Shown piece by piece: positions 27,730 through 43,223 of a DNA stretch of 64,000 nt (positions are counted from its first letter, which is position 1; each line of letters starts with the position of its first letter). The translations under genes were made by a program, and so were the position numbers. Under the pieces are notes generated by a model that saw only the letters and a program-made list of their open reading frames with translations, had not been told where the DNA came from and did not search any database. This DNA comes from Octopus vulgaris (taxonomy: Eukaryota), in contig OX597836.1 of NCBI GenBank assembly GCA_951406725.2, positions 34,038,001 to 34,102,000 of the forward strand, in the 5' to 3' direction.

Positions 27730-27735
<6 letters not shown>
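27520..27735 (-). mobile_element. (TA)n-embedded short element with a minimal hammerhead variant at 27620-27654
   Basis: - strand GTTT-CCGACGA-AGAGC-TCC-GCTC-GAAACGTT/AAAC; related elements at 58235-58410 and 58795-59000. Confidence 0.6.
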
Positions 27736-27768
<33 letters not shown>

Positions 27769-27783
27769 CACATATATACATAT

Positions 27784-27856
<73 letters not shown>

Positions 27857-27857
27857 C

Positions 27858-27927
<70 letters not shown>

Positions 27928-27938
27928 GTACACATATA

Positions 27939-28935
27939 CAGGGTGTAACAAGTAAATTGGCTCCGTTTTTATATCGTTATTACCTCCGCCTTCGCTGAGG
28001 TGGAGGTATTGTTTTCAGCCGTGTTTGTTTTTTGTTTGTTTGTCCGTGGACAAGATATCTCAAGAACCGCTGCATGGATTTGGATGAAATTTTCGGGAAT
28101 GTTTAACCTCATGACTGGCACGAACTGATTAGATTTTTGAATCGATCCGGTACCGGACAAGGATTCTGGATTATTTTTTCTTTTTTTTCTTTTCTTTTTT
28201 TTTTAACTTAATTTTTGAGAGTGGTCGGGTTCAATTTTTAGTATTCTCGTTTGTGAAAGCAGTCGAGTTTATTTCAGATATTCTCATTTTAAAAACCATC
28301 CCTGGCTAACCGTTGAGAGGACGTTGGTGTTGCCTTGAGAGAAGCTAGCACTCTTTGAGTGCTCTTGTTACAATTGGTATAACTCGGAAAAAATCGAACA
28401 CTGCAAATTTTATGTTTATACCAATTTATTGGTGGGTGTTTAGTACTTATGTTTGTTTCGTACTTATTTCAGTTCAATTTGATCGCCATTTGCTTTCTTT
28501 CCCAGTTGCTTTCTTTACTATTTGATTTCTTTACCAGTTTAGTCCGTTTACGAAATTGAGCGCATGCCTTACCTATTTCCTCCGTTTTCATTTTATCGAA
28601 TGCTCGCTTGAGAGCGAAGCCTTCAGTGAAGACACACTGTTGTGAAATGTTGCATTGGATATTGTTTCAAATACTCCCAATAGCCAGAAATCACAGATCC
28701 AAATCTGCCGAGTTAGAACGCCAGATATCTCTATGGACAAACATGTGCAATTCCTTCTTCAAAAATTCTTGTACGCGGAGTCCTGTACATGACTAGACTT
28801 GCATCATAATGCTTCCTAATCCAGGGCAACAAAATATCTAAGATTTTGAGGTATTCTCTGTGTAGATTTCAGGACCCGCTTCAATAAAACGAGGAGGCAT
28901 CAGTTTCTTATCATTTTCATTATGGTCTTCGGAGC
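27939..28935 (-). mobile_element. Degenerate Tc1/mariner-superfamily transposon remnant
   Basis: TA-cagggtg terminus at 27939; - strand IWRSNSADL resembles the WPSNSPDLNP motif. Confidence 0.55.
27979..28369 (+). mobile_element. Helentron/HINE (DINE-1-like) non-autonomous element nested in the Tc1 remnant
   Basis: ttattacctccgcc...ggtggaggta sub-terminal hairpin, gtttgt run, gatatctcaagaacc...gatttggatgaaatttt core, 3' hairpin agcactc-ttt-gagtgct, T-rich junctions. Confidence 0.75.
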
Positions 28936-29181
28936 AACACATACATACATACATACATACACACACATACATACATACATAAATGCTTACATATGTATAC
29001 ATATATATATATATATAATTATAAATAATTATATATACATATATATATCTATATATATATACACACACACATATGTATCGATAAAATAAGTACCAATTGA
29101 GAACTGGAGTCGATGTAATCGACTTATCCCCTCCCCTAAAGTTGATGGCCTTGGACCAAGTTATGACAACATTATTATTAT

Positions 29182-30048
<867 letters not shown>

Positions 30049-30337
30049 TATTATTATTTTCTCTCTGTAACATATTTTACACCTTCACTGTAATAGCCAC
30101 AAGAGCGCCAAAGGCGATTGCTCACTAGGTATTTGGTTGGGAATGAAATAAGGTGTGATGGACATTATATTAACTAAACCCAAGAATGTAATTTCTTTCC
30201 TGCGCAACGGATTATATATTAATTCATTTCTCTAAATGTGTCAAATGTCTAACTTAAGATTAAATATATCAATTGTCTTATTTAAGGTTTCATTTCGCTT
30301 TCTTTATACTAAATTTGACACAATTTAAATGGATGCA

Positions 30338-30376
<39 letters not shown>

Positions 30377-30455
30377 CCTATATATATATATATATATATA
30401 TTACCTATATATATTACCTATATATATATATATTCTCTCTCTCTATATATATATA

Positions 30456-30519
<64 letters not shown>

Positions 30520-30629
30520 GTATATGTATATATGTATGTATTATATGTATATGTATATATGTATGTATTATATATATGTATATAATATATATATATAATA
30601 TATATATATTATATATATTTATATATTAT

Positions 30630-30826
30630 GTAGGTCCCGGGTTGAGTCGGGGTTAACCACAGTAAATAAGGTTCTCAATACATAGCAGAGTAAATTAATT
30701 TATTTTATAGAAGGAGTTTCTACAGGACTAGAACTGTTTCATTCAAATGAAATCATCAGGCTTCCTGATGATTTCATTTGAATGAAACAGTTCTAGTCCT
30801 GTAGAAGCTCCTTCTATAAAATAAAT
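30630..30826. mobile_element. Second copy of the palindromic hammerhead element; ribozyme motif at 30760-30808 (+)
   Basis: GCTTC-CTGATGA-TTTCATTTGAAT-GAA-ACAG...CTGT-A/GAAGC; same left segment as 611-678. Confidence 0.8.
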
Positions 30827-31658
30827 AAAATATATATCTATTATATATATATAATATATATAATATATTTAAAAAAATTTTTTCTCTAATTTCAGCTCAG
30901 AGCTGCGGCCATGCTGATGCACCGCCGTTTTGTGCTACACTGTTATTACGAAGAACCTCGTTTAATATGTGGCAGTTGGTGAAGAATGGAGTTTGATATA
31001 GCTACTCTCATTTGCACCTCTTGCCGTGAGGTAGGTTCTACCTGTATATATATATTATCCATATAAATATATATGTGTAGATAGCTAGAAATATACATAC
31101 ATGTACATGTACATATGAATATATATGAATACATATGTATGTGTATGCGTATGTATATATTTATATATGTGTGTGTATACATATTTATATATATATATAT
31201 ATACTTGCACATATATATATGCATGCATGCACACACCGACACACATACACACACACATATATATATGTATACACATACATGTATATACATACATTGATAT
31301 ATTTATATACACGCATACATACACTCACACACACACATATGTATATATACACGAACATAGATAAGTATACGTAGAAATGCCCATTCAGGTTTTGTCAAAT
31401 TTAGTTTAAAGAAAACAGAATGATGCATGAAATAAGATAAATAATTAATAAAATTCTATTTATATATATATTGACGAAAGCAATTTGCATTTTCTCTTGA
31501 GTCTAGTTAATACGTAAGAATGTCCATCATACATTATTTCGTTTTCTACCGAATGCTTCGTGGACGATCGCCTGTGGCGGGTCTTGCGACTGTTATAATC
31601 GAGTTGGGAAATATTTTATATTGAAATAATAATAATAATAATAATAATAATGATGATG

Positions 31659-31729
<71 letters not shown>

Positions 31730-31744
31730 CATTATGAAAATGAA

Positions 31745-31776
<32 letters not shown>

Positions 31777-31819
31777 CAACAACAACAACAACAACAACAA
31801 TAATAATAATAATAATAAT

Positions 31820-32468
31820 CCCTTCTGCTATAGACACAAGTCCTGAAATTGGGGAGGTGGATAGTCGATTCCATCGACACCAATGCTGAACTAAATTTAT
31901 CGACCCCGAAAGGATGAAAGACAAAGTTGACCTCGGTGGAATGTGAACTCAGAACGTAGCGACGGGCGAAATAACTATTTCTTTACTACCCACAAGGGGC
32001 TAAACACAGAGAGGACAAACAAAGATAGACAAACGGATTAAATCGATTACATCGACCCCGGTGCGTAACTGGTACTTATTTAATCGACCCCGAAAGGACG
32101 AAAGGCAAAGTGAACCTCGGCGGAATTTGAACTCAGAACGTAACGGCAGACAAATTACCTGTTTCTTTACTATCCACAAGGGGCTAAACACAGAGAGGAC
32201 AAACAAGGACAGGCAAACGGATTAAGTCGATTATATCGACCCCAGTGCGTAACTGGTACTTATTTCTTCGACCCCCAAAAGAATGAAAGGCAAAGTAGAC
32301 CTTGGTAGAGGAAATACTGCTAAGCATCTCGCCCGGCATGCTAATGATTCCCGAATGGATGAAAGGCAAAGTCCACCTCGGTGGAATTTGAACTCAGAAC
32401 GAAGCGACAGATGAAATACCGCTAAGCATGTCGTCCAGCGTGCTAAGGATTCCTCCGGCTCACCACCT
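31820..32468 (-). mobile_element. SINE family C multimer
   Basis: Repeated body ...cacaaggggctaaacacagagaggacaaacaa at about 31990 and 32175. Confidence 0.85.
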
Positions 32469-32614
32469 TAGTGATAATAATAATAAGAACAACAACAACA
32501 ATAAAAACAATAATTGACATATTTCCACATATACACGTTTGTATGTATGTTGAAATATATAGACATCTGTATATATGTATATGCTTATGCATTTATATAT
32601 ATGTATACATATGA

Positions 32615-33000
32615 AGAGTGATGGCATTGCTGGGATCTTTGGCACTATGCAGTGTCGTCCCGTTCTGGCATTGATGTAGCCTTCAATGCAAAAATTTGAC
32701 ACAATTCCTTCCAGGATCTTCCAGATATATATTACTGCATACCTCTCCCGTCTGCTCTCCAGGGAGTAGAGTCTTAGCTGTTTCAACCTTTCCCAGTAGA
32801 TGAGCTGTTGCAAAGAGACGATCTTCTTTGTGAATCTTATCTGGATTGCTTCAAGGTCCGCTGTTAATTTCACACTGGTGGGTGACCATAGCTGTGAGCA
32901 GTAATCCAGGCGGCCGAGGACGAATTTCCGCCAGAGGACCATCATGGTTTCCTTATCTCTGGTTCTGAATGTTCTTAGGATCCAGCCAGCCAGTCGTCTT
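32615..33000 (-). mobile_element. CR1/L2-type LINE RT C-terminal fragment
   Basis: GWILRTF...LDYCSQLWSP...LEAIQIRFTK...YWERLKQLRLYSLESRRER. Confidence 0.9.
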
Positions 33001-33066
33001 GATATATATTTGTATGGTATATGTATATACATACATACATATATATATATATATACACATACCATA

Positions 33067-33115
<49 letters not shown>

Positions 33116-33116
33116 C

Positions 33117-33156
<40 letters not shown>

Positions 33157-33228
33157 CATATAAATATATATGTATATATACACCATATAAATATATATGT
33201 ATATATACACAATATATATATATATTAT

Positions 33229-33399
33229 AGGCGCAGGAGTGGCTGTGTGGTTAGTAGCTTGCTAGCCAACCACATGGTTCCGGGTTCAGTCCCACTGCGT
33301 GGCATCTTGGGCAAGTGTCTTCTACTATAGCCCGGGCCGGCCAATGCCTTGTGAGTGGATTTGGTAGACGGAAACTGAAAGAAGCCCGTCGTATATATG

Positions 33400-33430
<31 letters not shown>

Positions 33431-33660
33431 GCGTGTGTGTCTTTGTGTGTCTGTGTTTGTCCCCCTAGCATTGCTTGACAACCGATGCTGGTGTGTTTAT
33501 GTCCCCGTTACTTAACGGTTCGGCAAAAGAGACCGATAGAATAAGTACTGGGCTTACAAAAAGAATAAGTCCCGGGGTCGAGTTGCTCGATTAAAGGCGG
33601 TGCTCCAGCATGGCCGCAGTCAAATGACTGAAACAAGTAAAAGAGTAAAAGAGTAAAGAG
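33229..33660 (+). mobile_element. SINE family A, full length
   Basis: A/B boxes, internal (TA)n/(TG)n, gtaaaaga-repeat tail. Confidence 0.92.
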
Positions 33661-33699
33661 TATATGCATAAATATATGTATAACATATAAACGTATATG

Positions 33700-33736
<37 letters not shown>

Positions 33737-33819
33737 ATATAAATATATATGTATATATTATATATATGTGTATACATATATATATAATATATATATATCA
33801 TATAAATATATATAAATAT

Positions 33820-33852
<33 letters not shown>

Positions 33853-33912
33853 TTTCCATATATATATATACACTTACCATGTATATATTATATATATGTA
33901 TCTACTATATAC

Positions 33913-34016
<104 letters not shown>

Positions 34017-34744
34017 ATTTCATCGGTGTCCCGTTACCGTCACTTCTATACCCTCTAAAGCCACACAACGCAATCTTATATGGCACAGCAGCTCCAAATG
34101 TTAAGTACGTGTACAAAACCAGTCACGTTTAAAGACCTGAGTAGCATATTTCATTTGATGAATAATACACAAACCTCCACACTCACACACACACACACAA
34201 CACACACACAAATATTCATATATACACACATACACACAGACACACACACAGACATACATATGTTATCCACCGAATGAATTTTGTTAGCAATATCTTTAAA
34301 AAGCGACACACAGGACCATGCATTCTGGAGTTACTGCGATATAAATTTCTTTCAAAATAAAGAGAAACCAGCCATGAAATGAGTTTTTCTTAAGAAAGAT
34401 TTGTTTTTGTGATTTGGATAACCTTCCATTTTAAAATTTTCCTCTAAAATATTGACTAGAAGGAATCACATCAACTTTCACAATTTATACAAAAGATTTT
34501 TTCTCTTTGCAAATAAATCAAATTTTAAATTTTTTTCTTATCCTTCAAAATGCATATTTCAGCAAAATTTCATCTCCGTATGTCGCTGGCGTGGCTGTAT
34601 GAGACGTTTGCTTTCCAACTGTATGGTTCTGATTTCAGGCCCATTGCGCGGCACTACTATGGCTGTGGGTAGACCAAAGAATTTGTGAGAGAATTTGATT
34701 AACAGAAACTGAACGAAGCCCTTCGTGTTTGTGTGTGTGTGTGT

Positions 34745-34819
<75 letters not shown>

Positions 34820-35302
34820 CATGCATACATAATGCATTTATATATACGTATATACACACATATAACATATATACATACATTTATATACATATACATATAA
34901 ATGGAAAGGCAAGCCCTTTGGCATGATTTGACAAAAGACATTTAATTTAGAAATCTAATAAATAGGTATACATATATATATATATGTGTATATATTTATA
35001 CATACGTGTATATATATAAATATATATATATATGTATATATGCATATGTAAATATATAAGTACGTGTATGTGTGTATGTATATATATATATATATGGAGA
35101 TATATATGCACATATATATATCCATGCATATATATGTATATATATATATGGGTATATGTATGCATGTATATGTATGTGTATATATACATGCAAATATATA
35201 TATATATACATACATGCATATATATACATATATATATACTTATATATATATATATCATATATATATATATATATATACATAAACACACACATACATATGT
35301 AC

Positions 35303-35384
<82 letters not shown>

Positions 35385-35732
35385 TTACCTATATGTATAG
35401 GTCTTGCAACCTTTTCAATAGTCTGAAAAGGTTGCAAGACGCAACGAAAACTTTAGGAAAATAAGTGGAAATTTTACCGGTGAGTGTGTTAAATAATAAT
35501 AAGGCACTAAAAGAGAATGACTCTCCCCAGACCAACAGAATATGCTTCAACACACGAACTCATATAAAGAATCTTGCAAGCCAAATCCCAAAACGAAATA
35601 TACATACATACATATATATATATATTCACAAGTAGAAAACACTCACATAAGGTGCCACGCAGTGGGACTGTGCCCGGAGTCACATGGCTGGGAAGCTAGC
35701 TTCTTACCACAAAACCACGCCTGTTTACAATA

Positions 35733-35874
35733 CAGTAATCCCTCATTTTACGAGGACCTGCCTTACGAAAACTCCGCTTTTGCGAGTTTTTACGAGTTTT
35801 GCCTTCCGCTTACGAGTTTTCGCTTTACGAGCGTTCTCCAGAAACGAATTAACTTGTAAATCGAGGCACTACTG
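35733..35874. mobile_element. pogo/Tigger-like MITE
   Basis: TA-cagtaatccctcattttacga...tgtaaatcgaggcactactg-TA imperfect TIRs; internal ttacgag repeats. Confidence 0.75.
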
Positions 35875-36363
35875 TATATACTGTATCGACATATATGCCG
35901 AAAATAGGCTAAATGTTTCATGATCATCTCCAACTTATACGATTTTGTAGATAACGGTAGCTTCAAATCTTATCTGACATCTTGTTTCTTGGCCTTGTGA
36001 TATTCAATGGTTGGCAGCGAGTTGTCAGAATCTCTATAGCATATTTAGAGCATTTTTGTCTGACGAATTCAATTTGTATGCTGGAAAGTACAGTATATTG
36101 TAATAAGATATGGGAAATAATTGAAACCATCTAAAATGTATTTTCCGGCAACGTACAATATAAAAGTCGACGTACTATATAATGTAAACACGATGTGTAA
36201 ACATGCAAACATCATCGCTATCTTTCCAACTCCTGTTGCATTTTACACGGAATCTTTGGTCCTCCAAAGTCATCTTGGTATATAAGGTGGCCTACATGTT
36301 TTGTCCATAAAGTTTTGTCTGAAGAATCCAACTTGTATGCTGGGTCGCGAACGATCGTGATGA

Positions 36364-36440
36364 TACCTGGTTGATCCTGCCTGTTGTCATATGCTTGTCT
36401 CAAAGCTTAAGCCATGCAAGTGCAAGTTCATGCCGTAAAC
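36364..36440 (+). rRNA. Orphan 5' fragment of 18S rRNA (pseudogenic, about 75 bp)
   Basis: tacctggttgatcctgcctgttgtcatatgcttgtctcaaagcttaagccatgca matches the universal eukaryotic SSU 5' end with a few substitutions; no continuation. Confidence 0.9.
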
Positions 36441-37343
36441 GAATATCATACGGCATACGATATAAGGATATGAGAAATAAATGAAACCATCCATACTCTA
36501 GTTTGTGGAATACAAGTTAATGTAGTATATAGTGTAAACATGTAGCGTAAACATTCAATGCCACTATCTTTCCAAATTCTGCTGCATTTCACATGGACAT
36601 TTTTGGTCCTCCAAAGTTTTCTTGGTGTATAAGTTAATCGACCATTTCTTTTCCTGTTTGCTTTTTGGCCATAGGCAATTTTGGTCCGAAATAAATATTC
36701 GATTTGTATACAAGAAAATACAGTAAAGAAAGCAAGAGAGAAATAAAGAATTTTGTCCATTTTTTCTTCTGTTCTTCACGTCTAAACGACCATCTTTCCC
36801 TATCTTAAAATTTGTTTTCTGATAGAAGAAACTAATTAATAATTAATTAACGCACCTAATTCCCACAATCTGTAGCTTATGCTTAGAAAAATCATAAACA
36901 TAGGAACGCAAGAGAGCTTTTAAGAAAAAAAATTCACATAGCTTGCGAATTAGTTCGTCAAATACATATTAAGCTAATTAATCTGGGTCCCGAAACTCTT
37001 GAGTTTTAATTAATTTTGAGTTCAACTCGCTTTTAATTAAGTGTCCACAATATCTAACCTTTATATCTCACTCTCATGCAATTATCATCGTATCCATAAC
37101 TTTCACGGTAGATTTCTATCGTGTTATTAAATCGACTGACTCTTAATGTATGCGTTTCATTTGTACTTTTTTCTTTTATATGTATGTTTGTGTATGTGCA
37201 TATATACACACATACATACGTATACATATACATATGCGCACATAGACACGAATAAATACACACGGGTGCGCACAATAGGTACCAATGAAACACGGGTAGA
37301 TGAATGGACAGACAGGCAGATAGGTTGTTAGTTAGTTAGTTAG

Positions 37344-37402
<59 letters not shown>

Positions 37403-37439
37403 CAAACATTTCTCTTTAAGTCTTTATATCAAAGTGCTT

Positions 37440-37538
37440 ATGTTGATGTTGGAATTCCAATGAAGGAACCATGGATCTAGGTTAGAAACCGACTCTTTCT
37501 CTATTGGCAAGAAATCTTGAAACACAACTGAATAATGA
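37440..37538. repeat. Short dispersed repeat, inverted copy at 47835-47915
   Basis: gttgatgttggaattccaatgaagga...taggttagaaaccg.ctctttctctattggcaagaaatct is shared. Confidence 0.75.
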
Positions 37539-38106
37539 CATACATACATACATACATTCATACATACATAATACATACATACATACATACATAATACATA
37601 CACACACATACATACATGATACATACTTACATGCATAAATACGTTCATCCATCCAGCTATCCATCCATTCATACATACATACATACATACATACACAAAT
37701 GCACATACATACATACATACTCATACACATACATACACACATAAACACATACATACATACACACATACATACAAAATACATACATACACGCATACATACA
37801 TACATATATACACACATACACACATACATTCATACACACATACACACATACATACATACATACATACACATACACACATACACACATAAATACATACATA
37901 CTTATACATACATACACACATACATACATACATATATACATATATACATACATACACAAATACACACACACATACATACACACGTACATACACACATAAA
38001 CACATACATCCATACATACACACACATACATATATACATACATACATACATACATACATACATACATACATACATGCATTCAGAGAAATCACAAATCGGG
38101 AGGAGA

Positions 38107-38302
38107 AAAGGAATAAACAATTATGTTATAAGCTTCATTTTAGCTTACATCTGTTTCTGCCATAGGGCGCAATGCAGCATGTTTGAAGCTTCGCGGAAGC
38201 TATAGGGTGATACTCAAGCACTCATCTATGAGTGCATTGCATCAAATAGCGGAAACAACTGTAAGCTAATGAAGTCCATAACACATAATTGTTTATTCCT
38301 TT
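38107..38302. mobile_element. Imperfect inverted-repeat element with hammerhead 3' halves
   Basis: aaaggaataaacaattatg/cataattgtttattccttt; GAAACA..TGTA-AGCT in both arms. Confidence 0.55.
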
Positions 38303-38434
38303 ATCAATCCAATTACTTATTAGCGCTCTCTACATGGCTAACGCTTCGCACTGAAGCATATGTACTTTGGGTATTAGCATCGTACAGGGTATTAGCATCG
38401 TAATGGCGAAGAGAAATATTAAAATACACATACA

Positions 38435-38563
<129 letters not shown>

Positions 38564-38638
38564 GTATATATATATGTATATATATATATGTATATATATG
38601 TATATATATATATATATATGTATGTATATATATGTATA

Positions 38639-38671
<33 letters not shown>

Positions 38672-38765
38672 GCATATATATATATATGTATATATATATA
38701 TGTATATATATATATGCATATATATATGTATATATATAAATATATATATATGTATATATATATAT

Positions 38766-38808
<43 letters not shown>

Positions 38809-39015
38809 TATGTATATACACACACACACACACACACATATATAAATATATATACATATATATGTATATACACACACACACACACACACATATATAAATA
38901 TATATACATATATATATATGAAAATATTTGTATATATATACGTATATATGCGTGCGTATATACATACGTACATACATACATACATACACACACACGCACA
39001 TATATATATGTATGT

Positions 39016-39054
<39 letters not shown>

Positions 39055-39398
39055 TATAGATAGATAGATAGATAGATAGACAGACTGACAGACAGACATA
39101 GATAAACACACGTAATGCCCACAAAACCATCTGTGATGTAAGAGATACGTAACAGTCATTAAAACTCTACATACCAAATATAATTTATTTTCCTATATAG
39201 AAACAAACTGACTCAACACCCACACACATATATAGACTCACAGACAGACATAAAAGAAAGACATTCAGATATATACGCACACATTTGCATAGCTGCATAA
39301 AAAGAGAATTGCGTATGTACATAGTCGCCCTTAAACATTAAATGCATCAATTCTTACGCATAAGCACTTTAATATAAAAACTTAAAGAGAAACGAGTG

Positions 39399-39462
<64 letters not shown>

Positions 39463-39474
39463 TTTGTCTGTCTG

Positions 39475-39636
39475 CCGATTCATCTACTCCAGTGTTTCAT
39501 TGGTACCTAATTTACCGACCCCGAAACGATGAAAGGCAAAGTCAACCTCAGCGGAATTTGAACTCAGAACGTAGCGACAGACGAAATACCGCTAAGCATT
39601 TCGTCCAGCGTGCTAACGCTTTTGCCAGCTCACTGC
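39475..39636 (-). mobile_element. SINE family C
   Basis: gatgaaaggcaaagtcaacctcagcggaatttgaactcagaacgt. Confidence 0.85.
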
Positions 39637-39642
39637 TTTACT

Positions 39643-40135
<493 letters not shown>

Positions 40136-40239
40136 GCTAAGTGCATTTGGTGTTCTCAGGTGTTGCTTGCAGGAAGGGAGACAGGTGATTTGGTAGGGGC
40201 CACTTGAAGCTTCTTGTTTTTGTTATAGGGCCATGTTTC

Positions 40240-40545
40240 AAGGAGATAGTGTCACATATTTGACTTTACAGTCGCAGATGATGAGAAAAATCAATATGAG
40301 AGGTATAGAGAAAATATCAAATTACTCGGGCTTAGCCATTGAATTCCGAAGACTATGGAAAGTGCGGGTAAAATGTATCCCAGTAGTTATAGGTGCATTG
40401 GAAACAATCCCTAAAGATTTGAACAGATGGATAGAGGAAATAGGCATAAAACCCAGTTTAGTACAGCTGCAGGAAAGAGTGTTATTAGGGACAGTTGGCA
40501 TATTTAGGAGGGTTCTTGGCATCTAAAGTTACTTGTTGCAACCCG
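40240..40545 (+). mobile_element. Diverged R4-type endonuclease/3' fragment (different family)
   Basis: EKISNYSGLAIEFRRLWKVRVKCIPVVIGALETIPK...RRVLGI. Confidence 0.8.
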
Positions 40546-40669
40546 GCGTTAGGATCTTTTCTTTTCCAAAAGTCTAATCTCTTGATGAATAACAATAATA
40601 ATAATTAAATGATAATACTTTCTTTTATTAGCCACGAGGGCCGAAAATAATGATAACGAAAATAAGTTA

Positions 40670-40727
<58 letters not shown>

Positions 40728-40859
40728 CATACATACATACATACATACATACATACATACATACATACATACATACATACACATATACATACATATTTTG
40801 TACTTCCTACCCACCCTGTTACATTTAATATATCTAATTTGTTTATCCGTATAATTGCA

Positions 40860-40910
<51 letters not shown>

Positions 40911-40946
40911 GGAACTAAATGCAGGTGTTATTCAAATCTTTGTACT

Positions 40947-41029
40947 TCCGACATATGTTTCGAAGAAGACATTGGTATTATTCCAGAGGGAAAAAAATGA
41001 TGTCAAACAATGCAATTTTTCCTCAGGGA
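40947..41029 (-). ncRNA. Type I hammerhead motif with long stem II
   Basis: - strand TCC-CTGAGGA...TTC-GAAACATATGTC/GGA; stem II pairing is weak. Confidence 0.55.
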
Positions 41030-41205
41030 TAAAAAAAAGAGAAGCAAAACACACCAATAAGCTATTTTAACCGAATGTGATTACTGCATATATGATGAAG
41101 GAAACGCTGGCAAGTATTTTTAGTTGATATGATTGCATTGTTCAGTTAAATGGAGCCGCTTGAAACGGCCGTACTGCATCACTATTTGATATCCTGTTGC
41201 TAATT

Positions 41206-41250
<45 letters not shown>

Positions 41251-42350
41251 CACTTATGTATATACATGTATATATATATGCATATGTATATACATGTGCG
41301 TGTATGTATATGTGTATCTCTGTGTGTGTTTGTGTGTGTGTGCGTGTGTACATATATGCGTATACAGACGCACACAGATATATTATGTGCTAGTAATCAA
41401 GATTATTTCCTCGTACCAAAAGGTTTCACGTGGTCGAAATTATTCAAGATTCTACACAGCTTTAACGCAGATGCGTATTTAGCAATTCTGTACAGAAAAC
41501 ACGCACAAATACACAAACACACAAACACACACATCCTACAAACAAACAAACATACATACATACATACATACATACATACATACATACATACAGACGAGTA
41601 AAAAAATATATTCAAGAGTTTTTTCAGCTTCTCTTGGGGTTGATTTCTAAAATTAAATACTGCAAAAAAAATTGAAGACGGAATTTTTATAGGACTTCAA
41701 ATCCAAGGAGTATTAAAAGATAACATTTTTGTTTTATGAAACACCCAATGCATCCGAGTTTAAAGTTTGGCATGCATTCAAATGGGCCCATTCGAAATTT
41801 ACAAGAAATAACAGGCTTCATTCGTTTCGAAACGGAGTTGGGAGAATCCGGTCGAAACTTTCAAAGATATGGATTGATGGTATCACAAAAACCGTATCGT
41901 TTACATTTGTACCGAGATTTCTTTCCTGAGAAAAAATTTTTTTGAGCGTTTAGGGACGAACAGGTGAGAGAGATTTCGAAAGGCATATTATATCAGTGGA
42001 TGTTCTCTATCAAGCGATTTGATTGAAAACATATTGGTGTACACGATGAATCCTGGGTGTTTTAGATCGTGATGGCGGAAATCGCCAATTAAAAAACAAG
42101 AAACTCATTAATCACATTTTTGATTGCAGATAAATATGTAGCGTAATTTATGCGAATATAAACGATGCAATTGTGCTTGTGTATAAACACACACATGTAT
42201 GTATGTATGTATGTATGTATGTATGTATGTATGTATGTATGCATATATTTATGTATGTATGTATATGTAAGGCGTAATTTGTTTGTGTATACATACACAC
42301 GCACATATATCTATATCTGTGTGCGCGTTTATGTGTGTACACACACACAC

Positions 42351-42386
<36 letters not shown>

Positions 42387-42544
42387 AACACTCATATATG
42401 TTCAAACCCGCTGCGTGGCACTTTGAGCCACGGGCCAAACAAAACTTTGAATTCGGTAGACAGCAACTAAAAGCCTGTTGTGTGTGTGTATGTGTGTGTG
42501 TGTGTGTGTGTGTGCGTGTGTGTGTGTGTGTTATATATATTATT

Positions 42545-43020
42545 CTTTTATTTCTTTCAGTTAATTGACGGCGGCCATGCTGGAGCACCACATTTAGTCG
42601 AACAAATCGACCCCAGGACTTACTCTTTGTGAGCCTAGTACGTATTCTATCGATCATATTTGTGAAACCGCTAGGTGACGGGATCATGAGCACACCAACA
42701 TCGTTTGTGAGGTGATCGCGGGGCGAGGTCAAACGCAGACATACAAATACATACTTACATACATGTATATATAAAACGCGCTTCTTTCAGTTTCCGTCTG
42801 CGAAATCCACCGACAATGCCTTGATCGGTCTGAAGCTATAGTAGAAGACACTCGCCGAAAGTACTGCGCAGTGGGACTGAACCCAGAACCATGTCGCTGG
42901 TTAGCAAGCTTCTTTCCACAGCGCCACTCAGGACGCAACACATATAGATATAGTTTCCGTCTACCAAATCCACTCACAAGGCTTTGGTCGGCCCGGGGCT
43001 ATAGTAGAAGACACTTGTCC
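42545..43020 (-). mobile_element. Older SINE family A copies and fragments
   Basis: Diverged family A body and head. Confidence 0.8.
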
Positions 43021-43223
43021 AATAATGATAATTATATTAATAACAGCGAGAATAATATTATTGCGATGCTTACCAAATTAGTTTTAGGGACCCAACAATG
43101 AAATAGGATTATTATAAAAGTAAAAATCAGAAACAGAAGAAAATCTGAAGCTGATCAAAAAGTGAGATACAGCAAGTCAACTATACTTCAGCTATATTTC
43201 ATGACTAGGAGTGGCTGTGTATA

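Noticed and set aside
35401-35455. Complete hammerhead in the 17-bp hairpin
   Set aside because: Core altered (CTGAAAA) and stem III missing; counted only as a decayed fold-back
36364-36440. Functional rDNA unit
   Set aside because: Similarity to 18S ends after about 75 bp
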